Positions 21,868 to 30,784 of a stretch of 63,171 bases of DNA are shown one piece after another. Each line of letters opens with the position of its first letter. The stretch's first letter is position 1. The DNA is taken from contig JAUVNV010000001.1 of NCBI GenBank assembly GCA_030599515.1, positions 1-63,171 on the forward strand, written 5' to 3'. This stretch comes from Acidimicrobiia bacterium (lineage in GTDB: Bacteria; Actinomycetota; Acidimicrobiia; Spongiisociales; UBA5794). The notes beneath the pieces are model-generated. The model was given only the letters and a program-made list of their open reading frames with translations. It searched no databases and was not told the DNA's origin. The position numbers were made by a program, and so were the translations under genes.

Positions 21868-23928
21868 ATGCCAAGACCCGGATCGTGGTTGCGGGGGCGC
21901 GCCGCGTCGAACTCAGACATTGACGGACCGGCACGCTTGCCGGAACGGCCCATCGGACGATACGTCCTCGCGCTCGTGCTGATCGGGATGCTGGCCGTGC
22001 TGTCGACGTTCGTCACCCACCGAGCCCTCAGCGCAAAGGCAAGGGACGCCACGGTGCTCGAGTACGGGCTCAGACAGGGCTACCTCGCAGCACGCGTGGC
22101 CGAGTTGTCGAGTCTGGCCGTCGACGGGCTCGCTCAATCTCTCAACACAGAGTTCGCGGAGACCGTCGAGGAGATCTCACGTGTGCACGGTGCGTTCGTC
22201 GAAGGGGATCCAGAGCTCGGTGTTCCGGCCATGACCAACACCGATACCGAGAGCTTCCTCATCGAGGCTCACGTCGCTCTCGACGCCTTCCTCTCAACGG
22301 CGGATCGCGTGAAGCGTGCAGTCGATGTCGGAGGGATCCCCGCGTCGGTCGAGGTCGAAGCGGTGACGGCCGCGTCGGCCGCTTATGGGCTCGCGCTGCA
22401 ACGGGTTGTGGCCTCGTATCTACGCACGTCGGGGGAGCAGGTCGTTGCACTGGAGCAGACCGAGTACTTCCTGCTTGTGGCGACGCTTGCTCTGCTCGTA
22501 CTCGAAGGTCTGTTCCTCTTCCGACCGGCGGTGCGAAGTCTCCAGAGGTCGTGGACGGAGAGCAGTGAAGCCCACCGCTCTGAGCGGGAACTCGATCAGC
22601 AGCGCCTCAACTATCTCGCCCGCTACGACTCGTTGACGGGCCTCATCAACCGGACCCTCTTCTCGGATCGGCTCGAGAGCGCTGTCTCACGCGCTCGCAG
22701 GGACGGTTCGGTCGTTGCCCTGATGTTCCTTGATCTCGACGGTTTCAAGGAAGTGAACGATCGCCTGGGTCACGCGGTCGGCGATGCGCTCCTTCGCCAG
22801 GCGGCGGAACGGATCGTCGGGTGCGTTCGCGAGTCCGACACGGTGGCCCGTCTCGGAGGGGATGAGTTCACGGTGATCCTCGAAGGAGGGCAGCGGGTTG
22901 AGGACGCAGGACAGGTCGCGACGAAGATCTTGAGGAGGCTCGCCATCCCCTATCGCGTCGGTGGTGAGGACATCGTGATCACCTCTTCCATGGGGATCGC
23001 TGCGTACCCCCTCGATGGTGAGACGACCGAGGAGCTCCTCAAGGGAGCCGATATTGCGATGTACAGCGCAAAGGACGCCGGTCGCAACACGTATGAGTTC
23101 TACACGAGCGAACTCCGTGAACGCACCATCCAGCGGCTCACGCTCCTCGACGGGCTTCGCAAGGCGATCGATGCCGACGAGGGACTGTATCTGCACTATC
23201 AGCCGAAGGTCGATGTCGAGCGGCAGATGGTCATCGGCGTTGAAGCGCTGGTCCGTTGGGATCATCCCGAATTCGGACAGATCCCAACAGAGAAGTTCAT
23301 CCGCTTGGCCGAGGAGACGGATCTCATCGTTCCCCTCGGGCAGTGGGTGCTCGACCATGCCTGCCTGGAGATGCGATCCTGGCTCGACGACGGGCTTCCG
23401 CCGATGCGGATATCCGTGAATCTGTCATCACGCCAGTTCCGCGCCGGGAATGTCGTTGAGACGGTCGTTGCGTCACTCGCCGCGGCACGACTCAACCCCC
23501 GGTTCCTCGACGTCGAACTGACGGAAGGGACCCTCCTCACCGATCTAGAGGAAACCCGGCGTGCGCTCGAGCGGCTCCGGGATCTTGGCGTCACGGTGAG
23601 CATCGACGATTTCGGAACGGGGTACTCATCGCTCGGCTACCTGACTCAGCTTCCGATCGACACGCTGAAGATCGACCAGTCATTCATTGCGGACGGTCTC
23701 ACCAACCGGGACGGTATCGCGGTGTCTTCGGCGATCATCGGACTTGCTCGAACACTCCGACTCGATGTGATCGCCGAGGGTGTCGAGAGCGAAGAGCAGT
23801 TGCGTTTCCTCGGCGAACTCGGATGCAGCCGAATCCAGGGGTTCCTGATATCCCGCCCGATCCCGGCCGACGAGATCCTCGCCTTTGTTTCGGCCTTCGC
23901 CGCCGACTCGGTAGTCGGTAGTCGGTAG
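21868..23928 (+). CDS. Membrane sensor diguanylate cyclase/phosphodiesterase (GGDEF-EAL)
   Basis: Two TM helices flank a helical extracytoplasmic region of about 170 aa. Intact GGDEF, EALVRW and DDFGTGYSSL motifs. The track ORF from 21355 overlaps the two minus-strand genes and is over-extended. Confidence 0.88.
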   Translation: MPRPGSWLRGRAASNSDIDGPARLPERPIGRYVLALVLIGMLAVLSTFVTHRALSAKARDATVLEYGLRQGYLAARVAELSSLAVDGLAQSLNTEFAETVEEISRVHGAFVEGDPELGVPAMTNTDTESFLIEAHVALDAFLSTADRVKRAVDVGGIPASVEVEAVTAASAAYGLALQRVVASYLRTSGEQVVALEQTEYFLLVATLALLVLEGLFLFRPAVRSLQRSWTESSEAHRSERELDQQRLNYLARYDSLTGLINRTLFSDRLESAVSRARRDGSVVALMFLDLDGFKEVNDRLGHAVGDALLRQAAERIVGCVRESDTVARLGGDEFTVILEGGQRVEDAGQVATKILRRLAIPYRVGGEDIVITSSMGIAAYPLDGETTEELLKGADIAMYSAKDAGRNTYEFYTSELRERTIQRLTLLDGLRKAIDADEGLYLHYQPKVDVERQMVIGVEALVRWDHPEFGQIPTEKFIRLAEETDLIVPLGQWVLDHACLEMRSWLDDGLPPMRISVNLSSRQFRAGNVVETVVASLAAARLNPRFLDVELTEGTLLTDLEETRRALERLRDLGVTVSIDDFGTGYSSLGYLTQLPIDTLKIDQSFIADGLTNRDGIAVSSAIIGLARTLRLDVIAEGVESEEQLRFLGELGCSRIQGFLISRPIPADEILAFVSAFAADSVVGSR

Positions 23929-23959
23929 TCGGTTGTCGGTTGTCGGTTGTCGGTTGTCG
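23911..23959. repeat. Heptad tract G: (GTAGTCG)x3 (GTTGTCG)x4
   Basis: Seven perfect-register units. The GGDEF-EAL tail VVGSR and its TAG stop are encoded by the first units. Confidence 0.9.
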
Positions 23960-24004
23960 GTCTGAGAACACGCGCGGATAGATGCCCGGATCGATTTCCA
24001 GGTG

Positions 24005-24029
24005 CTCTGCGAACCCTGGGCTCGCAGAG
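24005..24029 (+). other. Hairpin CTCTGCGA-N9-TCGCAGAG in the leader of the ABC-F gene
   Basis: 8-bp perfect stem read from the sequence. Function unknown. Confidence 0.35.
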
Positions 24030-24090
24030 GTGTATAGGTGCCTTGACAACCCACAGTTCGCAGATCCCCACCCATCCGCCGATCTTCCGA

Positions 24091-24104
24091 GTACTCAGTA
24101 CTGT
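24091..24104. repeat. Heptad tract H: GTACTCA GTACTGT
   Basis: Two units lying 7 nt upstream of the proposed ABC-F GTG start. Confidence 0.5.
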
Positions 24105-24110
24105 TCTCGT

Positions 24111-25709
24111 GTGATCCTTGTTCGTGACCTCGCTGTTGACGCCGGCGCGCGGCGCCTGGTCTCCGACGTGTCCTTCTCCGTGCAGGCCGGGGACAGGATC
24201 GGTTTCGTGGGTCCAAACGGCGCCGGCAAGACAACTCTCATGCGCACCCTCGCCGGATTGCATGAGCCGGCTGAGGGCTCAATCGTGCGTAGCGGCACCA
24301 TCGGGTATCTCTCACAGGAGGCGGCGCTCGAGGATCTCGACGATCCCGACGCTACCGCTCTCGAGCGCGTGCTCATGGCCCGCGACATCGGAACGATCGA
24401 ACGACAGATGGAGGTCACCCGCCGGCGGATGGAGGATGTCGAGGGCGCCGAACGAGATCGACTGATCCGTCGATTCGGCCGACTCGACGACGAGTTCACG
24501 GCACGAGGCGGATACGTAGCGAAAGCGGAGGCCAAGCGGTTCGCTTCCGCTCTCGGCATCGCAGCGGACGACCTCGACCAATCGGTGGCCACGATGTCCG
24601 GCGGGCAGCGACGGCGGGTCGAACTTGCGCGCATCCTTTTCGGAGAGACCACGACACTGCTCCTCGACGAGCCGACGAACCATCTCGACATGGACGCCAA
24701 GGCCTGGCTGGTGGCGTTCCTCTCCGACTACGAGGGTGGACTCCTGATCGTGTCACACGATCTGCCGCTGCTCGACGAGTCGATCACGTCGGTGCTGGCG
24801 GTCGAGGGTGGTCGTATCGAACCGTTCCGAGGCAACTACTCCTACTACCTCGAAGAGCGTGAGCAGAGGAGAGTCCAGCGTCTTCGCGAGCGGCGCCAAC
24901 AGGAGGTGAAGATCGCACGCCTCGAGGACGGTATCCGACGCTTCAAAGGCTCCTCCGAGAAGATGGCTCGTCGGGCCCGCACGTGGGAGACACGAGTTCG
25001 CAGGATGCAGGACGATCTCGTCATCGTGGAGCGCAAGCGGAGGCGAGTCGCTCTGCGATTCCCCCAACCGGTCTCCTCCGGACGTACGCCGCTGAAGGCG
25101 GAGGGACTCGCCAAGGCGTACGGACACAACGTGGTGTTCGTCGACATCGACGTCGACATTGACCGCCGGGAACGGATCATCATCATGGGCCTCAACGGCG
25201 CAGGTAAGACAACCCTCCTGAAGATCCTCGCCGGCGTCGAGGAGGCGGACCTCGGAACCGTCGAAACCGGCTATCGAGCGGCACCGGGCTACTACGCGCA
25301 GGAACACGAAGACATCACCGCGGGCGTCGCAGTTCTCGACATCATGCGGGGAGCCAGTCGGCTTCCGGATCGCGATCTGCGATCCGTTCTCGGTCACTTT
25401 CTCCTTGCCGACAAGGTGGACCAGGATGCCGGGACCCTGTCCGGCGGCGAGAAGACGAAGCTGGCATTGGCGCGACTGGTCGTCACCGGTCACAACGTGC
25501 TGCTTCTCGACGAGCCAACGAACAACCTCGATCCTCAGGCGAAGCAAGCGCTCCTGGAAGCCCTCAGACAGTACGAGGGAACGCTCGTTCTGGTCAGCCA
25601 CGACACCGACTTCGTTGCGGCGCTGGAACCAGACAGGGTCATCCTGATGCCCGATGGAGACCAGGCCTACTACGACGAGTCGATGCTGGAGTTGGTGGCA
25701 TTGGCGTGA
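24111..25709 (+). CDS. ABC-F family ATPase (two ABC domains, no permease)
   Basis: Walker A GPNGAGKTT and GLNGAGKTT, signatures MSGGQRRRV and LSGGEKTKL, with a charged inter-domain linker. I chose the GTG 24111 start (VILVRDL...) by the usual ABC-F N-terminus. No Shine-Dalgarno is visible, so the start is uncertain. Confidence 0.85.
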   Translation: MILVRDLAVDAGARRLVSDVSFSVQAGDRIGFVGPNGAGKTTLMRTLAGLHEPAEGSIVRSGTIGYLSQEAALEDLDDPDATALERVLMARDIGTIERQMEVTRRRMEDVEGAERDRLIRRFGRLDDEFTARGGYVAKAEAKRFASALGIAADDLDQSVATMSGGQRRRVELARILFGETTTLLLDEPTNHLDMDAKAWLVAFLSDYEGGLLIVSHDLPLLDESITSVLAVEGGRIEPFRGNYSYYLEEREQRRVQRLRERRQQEVKIARLEDGIRRFKGSSEKMARRARTWETRVRRMQDDLVIVERKRRRVALRFPQPVSSGRTPLKAEGLAKAYGHNVVFVDIDVDIDRRERIIIMGLNGAGKTTLLKILAGVEEADLGTVETGYRAAPGYYAQEHEDITAGVAVLDIMRGASRLPDRDLRSVLGHFLLADKVDQDAGTLSGGEKTKLALARLVVTGHNVLLLDEPTNNLDPQAKQALLEALRQYEGTLVLVSHDTDFVAALEPDRVILMPDGDQAYYDESMLELVALA

Positions 25710-25731
25710 TCCGAATGCTGCGCATTCTGGT

Positions 25732-25752
25732 GTACTCAGTACCGAGTACTCA
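25732..25752. repeat. Heptad tract I: GTACTCA GTACCGA GTACTCA
   Basis: Three units between convergent 3' ends. GTACTC/GAGTAC can form a 6-bp hairpin. Confidence 0.7.
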
Positions 25753-25769
25753 CCACCGGGCGGCGGCCT

Positions 25770-26417
25770 CTAGCCGCCGCTCACGGTCCAGCCCTGAGGA
25801 CCCGGCTCCGAGCGATCACCGGCGGTGAGCCCGGTGGAGGATTCGTCGGTGACAATCGCCTGATCCTCCGGCCAGAGTCCGGCTTCGATCGCAACCGTCG
25901 AGCGGACGTGCCCGGTCGATCCCCATTCCACGTAGTCGGCGATGGCGCCGGGGTCACCGAAGTCGCCGCTCGTGTAGAGACCGATCTCACCCGAGTTGCT
26001 CTTCAGAGCCGGCAAGAGACCGGCTGCAGGGATCACGAACTCCGGATCGGCGTCCGCCGCAAGGCTGACGATGAGTGCCTTGCCCGGAGCGAGAATCGTC
26101 GATGGGAGTTCCAGGTAGTAGGGATGGATGGCGATCCAGAAACCGCTGAGATCACCGGTGTCGGGTCCGAGGTTTCCAACCTCGATCGTTCCCCCGTCAC
26201 CGAAGACCACACTCCCGATCACGAATCTGGCGTTGCCGGTGACGACCGTCGTCGACGTCGTATCGGACAACGTGGTTGGCACATCATTGCTCTGTGCTGT
26301 TGTTGTGGATCCGGGGACGACGGGCTCGAGCATGGCGCCGTCGTCCGAATCGGACGATGTCCCGCCACCCGTGCAGGCGGAGAGCACAAGTACGAGAGCC
26401 ATCACCGTGCGTTTCAC
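25770..26417 (-). CDS. Lipoprotein with lamin-tail-domain-like fold
   Basis: Lipobox VLSACTG and a Ser/Thr-rich linker. LTD-like motifs are DLSGFWIA and GEIGLYTSGDFGDPGAIADYVEWG. Confidence 0.55.
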   Translation of the reverse strand: MKRTVMALVLVLSACTGGGTSSDSDDGAMLEPVVPGSTTTAQSNDVPTTLSDTTSTTVVTGNARFVIGSVVFGDGGTIEVGNLGPDTGDLSGFWIAIHPYYLELPSTILAPGKALIVSLAADADPEFVIPAAGLLPALKSNSGEIGLYTSGDFGDPGAIADYVEWGSTGHVRSTVAIEAGLWPEDQAIVTDESSTGLTAGDRSEPGPQGWTVSGG

Positions 26418-26427
26418 GACCAGCAGC

Positions 26428-27204
26428 CTATCGCTCCTCGGGTAGATGCACCGCTCGTTGATCAGGTGTGAACAGCGTCCGACTCAAGCCGAGCGCCACG
26501 GTACTCGCCGACACGGCCACCGAACCGAGGACGAGATACATGACTACGACTTGAACTCGCACGGCTTCCATCGGGTCGACCCCGGCGAGAATGAGGCCGG
26601 TCATCGCACCGGGAAGGAACACGATCCCCACCGCTTTCGTCGTTTCGATCTGCGGCACAAGAGCGGTCTTCAACGCTGAACGCAAATAGGGTCGGAACGC
26701 ATCACTTGCTCTGAACCCCAGCGCCAGCCGGACCTCGATGAGCGGACGATGCTCCTTGAACTCGGCGACGACTCGCGTTGCTACGAGGACGGTCGCCGTC
26801 ATCGAGTTCCCGATCATCATCCCGGCGAGAGGAACGAGCGTCCGTGGTTCGAGGGGGAACACGCCGAGGCCGAACAGCAGTCCGAGGATCACGAGCGACG
26901 TGACGCTGAAGGCGGCGAGGGCAAGCCGGCGGACCCGGGGAACTTCGGGTGCGCGACGGGCGACCACACCGGCCGCGAAGGGGAGCATGGCGATCACCCA
27001 GGCGACCGACCACCAGAGGGACTGCCCGGGACGGAGAAGGATCGCCAGGACGACACCGACGGCGAGGAGCTGGACGAGAGCACGGAGCGAGGCCCACAGG
27101 ATCTGACGCTCGAGACCAAGTCGCTGCCACATCGAAAGGACGATCGCCACGAGCACGAACGATGAAGCGAGGGCAAGGCCGATGAAAGAGACGTCCGTGG
27201 TCAT
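26428..27204 (-). CDS. fetB: UPF0014/FetB(YbbM)-family ABC-type permease
   Basis: Polytopic membrane protein whose length and pattern match FetB. Start at ATG 27204 (MTTDVSF). The track start at 27345 is an over-extension. Confidence 0.7.
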   Translation of the reverse strand: MTTDVSFIGLALASSFVLVAIVLSMWQRLGLERQILWASLRALVQLLAVGVVLAILLRPGQSLWWSVAWVIAMLPFAAGVVARRAPEVPRVRRLALAAFSVTSLVILGLLFGLGVFPLEPRTLVPLAGMMIGNSMTATVLVATRVVAEFKEHRPLIEVRLALGFRASDAFRPYLRSALKTALVPQIETTKAVGIVFLPGAMTGLILAGVDPMEAVRVQVVVMYLVLGSVAVSASTVALGLSRTLFTPDQRAVHLPEER

Positions 27205-27273
27205 CAAACCAAGTATCGACGATATTGTGGGGTTGCGACAGTCAGACCAGAGGAAGCTACGAAGGGGATCAGT

Positions 27274-30033
27274 GTGACCGACCGAACCGAGGCTCCGTTG
27301 ACGGTCCCCGATCCGCCGCTCGAGTATCCGAGCGAATGGGTGCAAGACGCCGTGATGAAGGGTGGCGAGACGATCCGCATCCGGCCGATCGCTCCAAGCG
27401 ATCGAGACGTGCTCCAGGCCATGGTCCGGGGACTGTCACGCCAGAGCACGTACTTCCGTTTCTTCCGCGTGAAGGAGGAACTCGAACCGGAGGAACTCGA
27501 CCGTTTCACTCAACTCGACTACCACGAGGACATGGCGTTCGTCGCGATCCGCGAAGGGCGCCTCGTCGGAGTGGGCCGCTACAACACGACCGAGGACGAC
27601 CCGACGATCGCCGAAGCAGCGTTCGCCGTGGCAGACGAGTGTCAGCAGAAGGGCATCGGAACACTGTTGCTCTACCGGCTGACGGCGTATGCACGCACGC
27701 AAGGAATCAGCGGGTTCCGGGCCCATCTGCTCGCCGACAATCACGTGATGATGCGCGTCTTCCGGGCGTCCGGATACGGCGTGACACGGCATCTCGACGA
27801 AGGTGTCTACACCGTCGCGTTTCCGACTGAGGAATCCGACGAAAGCACGGCTGTTCGCGACGATCGAGAGCAGCGGGCGGCGGCACAATCGATGATGCCA
27901 CTCATGGCGCCGCAATCGGTCGCGGTCATCGGAGCGAGCCGTGACGCCACATCGATCGGCGGACGGCTCTTCAACAACCTCATCAACGGCGACTTCAGCG
28001 GACCGGTCTACCCGGTCAATCCGACGTCGCCGGTTGTGCGATCGGTCGCCGCCTATCCAACGGTTCTCGACATCCCCGGCAACGTCGATCTCGCGTTCAT
28101 CGTTGTCTCATCGAAGCACGTGATCAAGACTGTCAAACAGTGCATCGAGAAGGGCGTGCGTGCACTGGTTGTGATCTCGGCCGGATTCTCCGAGGTCGGG
28201 GGCGTAGGAATCGAACTCGAGGCTGAACTGCTTGATCTCGTTCGCTCGGTGGGGATTCGCATGGTGGGACCCAATTGCATGGGGTTGCTGAACACCGATC
28301 CGGCGATCAGCCTCGACGGACAGTTTGGGCCGATCCGGCCGCCACGCGGCAACGTTGCACTCTCATCCCAGTCGGGTGCGCTCGGACTCGCGATCCTCGA
28401 CTACACGGCCCGGCACAACATCGGGATCTCAACGTTCGTATCGGTCGGGAACCTCGCAGACGTCTCCGGTGACGACCTGCTCCTCTACTGGGAAGACGAC
28501 CCGTCGACCGACGTGATCCTCCTGTACATGGAGTCGTTCGGGAACCCGAGGCGATTCGCCCGGTTCGCCAGGCGGATCGCGCGGAAGAAGCCGATCATCG
28601 CCGTGAAATCGGGTCGTACCGCATCCGGCGCTCGTGCCGCGAGCAGCCACACAGGATCGCTGGCGAGCCTCGACGTTGCCGTCGACGCGCTCTTCCATCA
28701 GACGGGTGTCATCCGCGTCGACACGCTCGAGGAACTGTTCGACGTTACGAGCCTGCTATCGAACGAACCGGTCCCGAAGGGACGGCGGGTGGGCATCGTG
28801 ACCAACGCCGGCGGACCGGCGATCCTCGCGGTGGACGGGTTGGAGTCCCGGGGCCTGACGGTGCCGGTGCTCTCGGACGACCTGCAGCATCAGTTGCGCG
28901 AGTATCTCTCGCCCGAGGCTGCGGTGCGGAATCCGGTCGATATGATCGCCGCCGCAGGGGCGACCGAGTATCGAAACGTGCTCGAAGCGATGCTCGAGAC
29001 CGACGAACTCGATGCGGTCATCGCCATCTACATCCCGGCGTCACCGGTCGGCGTCGCTGAGATCCAGGGCACGATCCGCGAAGTCGGAGAGACGCACGAG
29101 GATGACAAGACGTTCCTCGCTGTGTTCATGCAGTCCGGCAAGGTCTCCGACGACGCTCCGCAGGAGCGGTCGCGGGTACCCGAGTTCGCGTTCCCTGAAC
29201 GTGCGGCGCGAGCGCTCTACGACGCCGTCCGATACGGCGAGTGGCTCGACCAACCTGAGGGCGAGATCCCCGAGTTCGCGGACCTCGATCGGGAGCGAGC
29301 CAGATCCGCTCTCGATATCGCCCTGGCGGGAATGGATGAGGACGGCGACTGGCTCGACCCCGACACCGTTGACACCGTCCTCGAGTCGTACGGACTCCGG
29401 GTTCCTGCTTCTGCGATTGTTGCATCCGAAGACGAGGCGACCGAACGCGCCGCGGCGATCGGCGGCCCGGTGGTGCTGAAGGTCATCTCGCCGTCGGCGC
29501 TGCACAAGTCCGACGTCGGTGGTGTCGTGCTCGACGTTGAGGGCGACGAGGCGGTGGGGGCCGCATACCGCCAGGTCACGGCAGCGGTCCCCGATCCGGA
29601 AGGCGTTCTGCTCCAGGAGTTCGTCTCCGGCGGCCATGAGATCCTGATCGGGATGGTCGAAGATCCCAACTTCGGTCCGTTGGTTGTGTTCGGTCTCGGT
29701 GGTGTCTTCGTCGAACTCATCGGGGACGTGGCGTTCCGCATCCACCCACTCACCGATCTCGATGTCGATGAGATGATCACGTCGGTGAAGTCGGCGCGGT
29801 TGCTTGAGGGGTACCGCGGTGGGGAAGCCGGTGACATCGAGGCCGTCAAGGAGGCCCTCCTTCGCGTCTCGGCCTTGATCGAGGACGTTCCTGAGATGGT
29901 CGAGATGGACATGAACCCCGTCAAGGTGGGAACCCCGGGTGAGGGAGTTCGCGTGGTTGATGCTCGCATCAAGGTGAGGCCGTCGGTCGGAGCGTTCGAT
30001 CCGAGCCGAACCGACTTCCCGACGGCGCTGTAG
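27274..30033 (+). CDS. GNAT acetyltransferase fused to an ADP-forming acyl-CoA synthetase-like module (Pat-type protein acetyltransferase)
   Basis: 919 aa. N-terminal GNAT (QQKGIGTLLL), then a CoA-binding domain (SVAVIGASRD), succinyl-CoA-synthetase-like and ATP-grasp domains. Confidence 0.85.
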   Translation: MTDRTEAPLTVPDPPLEYPSEWVQDAVMKGGETIRIRPIAPSDRDVLQAMVRGLSRQSTYFRFFRVKEELEPEELDRFTQLDYHEDMAFVAIREGRLVGVGRYNTTEDDPTIAEAAFAVADECQQKGIGTLLLYRLTAYARTQGISGFRAHLLADNHVMMRVFRASGYGVTRHLDEGVYTVAFPTEESDESTAVRDDREQRAAAQSMMPLMAPQSVAVIGASRDATSIGGRLFNNLINGDFSGPVYPVNPTSPVVRSVAAYPTVLDIPGNVDLAFIVVSSKHVIKTVKQCIEKGVRALVVISAGFSEVGGVGIELEAELLDLVRSVGIRMVGPNCMGLLNTDPAISLDGQFGPIRPPRGNVALSSQSGALGLAILDYTARHNIGISTFVSVGNLADVSGDDLLLYWEDDPSTDVILLYMESFGNPRRFARFARRIARKKPIIAVKSGRTASGARAASSHTGSLASLDVAVDALFHQTGVIRVDTLEELFDVTSLLSNEPVPKGRRVGIVTNAGGPAILAVDGLESRGLTVPVLSDDLQHQLREYLSPEAAVRNPVDMIAAAGATEYRNVLEAMLETDELDAVIAIYIPASPVGVAEIQGTIREVGETHEDDKTFLAVFMQSGKVSDDAPQERSRVPEFAFPERAARALYDAVRYGEWLDQPEGEIPEFADLDRERARSALDIALAGMDEDGDWLDPDTVDTVLESYGLRVPASAIVASEDEATERAAAIGGPVVLKVISPSALHKSDVGGVVLDVEGDEAVGAAYRQVTAAVPDPEGVLLQEFVSGGHEILIGMVEDPNFGPLVVFGLGGVFVELIGDVAFRIHPLTDLDVDEMITSVKSARLLEGYRGGEAGDIEAVKEALLRVSALIEDVPEMVEMDMNPVKVGTPGEGVRVVDARIKVRPSVGAFDPSRTDFPTAL

Positions 30034-30117
30034 CAGTTCGTCGAGTGATGCCATTGCGCGACAGATTTCTCGCCGAGGTGCAACAATGACGCCGAACGAC
30101 GACGAGAGGGACGAAGA

Positions 30118-30726
30118 GTGCAGGTCGTAGACCTCATGACCACCGACGTGATCACGGTTTCGCGAGAGACCGGGATCCGTGAAGCGGCTCGCCTCATGTT
30201 CAGGAATCGCGTCAGCGGTCTCCCCGTCACCGCCGTCGATGGAACCCTGGCCGGCATCATCACGGAGGCCGACTTCCTTCGCCTCGAGGTTGAGCGCCAG
30301 GAGGGGGAGATCGAGATCGGAGAGACGGTTGGCGATGTCATGTCTCCTGGGGTGGTTACGACCGGCCCGGATACCGAGATCTACGAAGCAGCAAAGATGA
30401 TGACGTTCCAGGACATCAAGAGGCTTCCCGTCGTCGATGAGGACTCGCGGTTGCTCGGCATCATCTCGCGTGCCGACATCGTCTCCGTATTCACCAGGCC
30501 CGACGATGTGATCGAGGACGAGATCCGTGAGGACCTGATCCGCCGCGTACTGTTCATCGACCCGGATCAGCTCAACGTGAGCGTCACCAACGGCGTCGTC
30601 ACCTTCGTCGGCGAGGTTGGAACCAGGAACGAGGCCCGGCTGCTCTCCGAACTCGCATCCCGTCTCGACGGGGTGCTCCACGTCGAGAGTCGGCTTGCCT
30701 GGCGCTACGACGACGGGGGCGAGTGA
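30118..30726 (+). CDS. CBS-pair plus BON domain protein
   Basis: Two CBS repeats (VMTTDVITV... and VMSPGVVT...) followed by a BON-like C-terminus (VSVTNGVVTFVGEV). Confidence 0.75.
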   Translation: MQVVDLMTTDVITVSRETGIREAARLMFRNRVSGLPVTAVDGTLAGIITEADFLRLEVERQEGEIEIGETVGDVMSPGVVTTGPDTEIYEAAKMMTFQDIKRLPVVDEDSRLLGIISRADIVSVFTRPDDVIEDEIREDLIRRVLFIDPDQLNVSVTNGVVTFVGEVGTRNEARLLSELASRLDGVLHVESRLAWRYDDGGE

Positions 30727-30784
30727 CGTGCAGGGCGCTGGGCACTTCTCGCACACTCCCACCGCCCTGTAGCATCACACCTCG

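Noticed and set aside
24043-24048. A TTGACA hexamer as the -35 element of an ABC-F promoter
   Set aside because: No acceptable -10 hexamer lies at 16-19 nt spacing (the downstream sequence is CCCCAC-like), so the promoter call is unsupported.
29041-30762. Very long ORFs antisense to, or out of frame with, confident genes. Examples are 29041-30762(-), 30599-31993(-), 39599-41407(+), 47394-48908(-), 49652-50941(-), 37233-38501(+), 17639-18796(-), 10896-11936(-) and 56540-57502(-).
   Set aside because: These are typical high-GC artefacts. Their translations are Arg/Pro/Gly-rich and low-complexity with no recognisable motifs. Each fully overlaps a gene that has strong family signatures.
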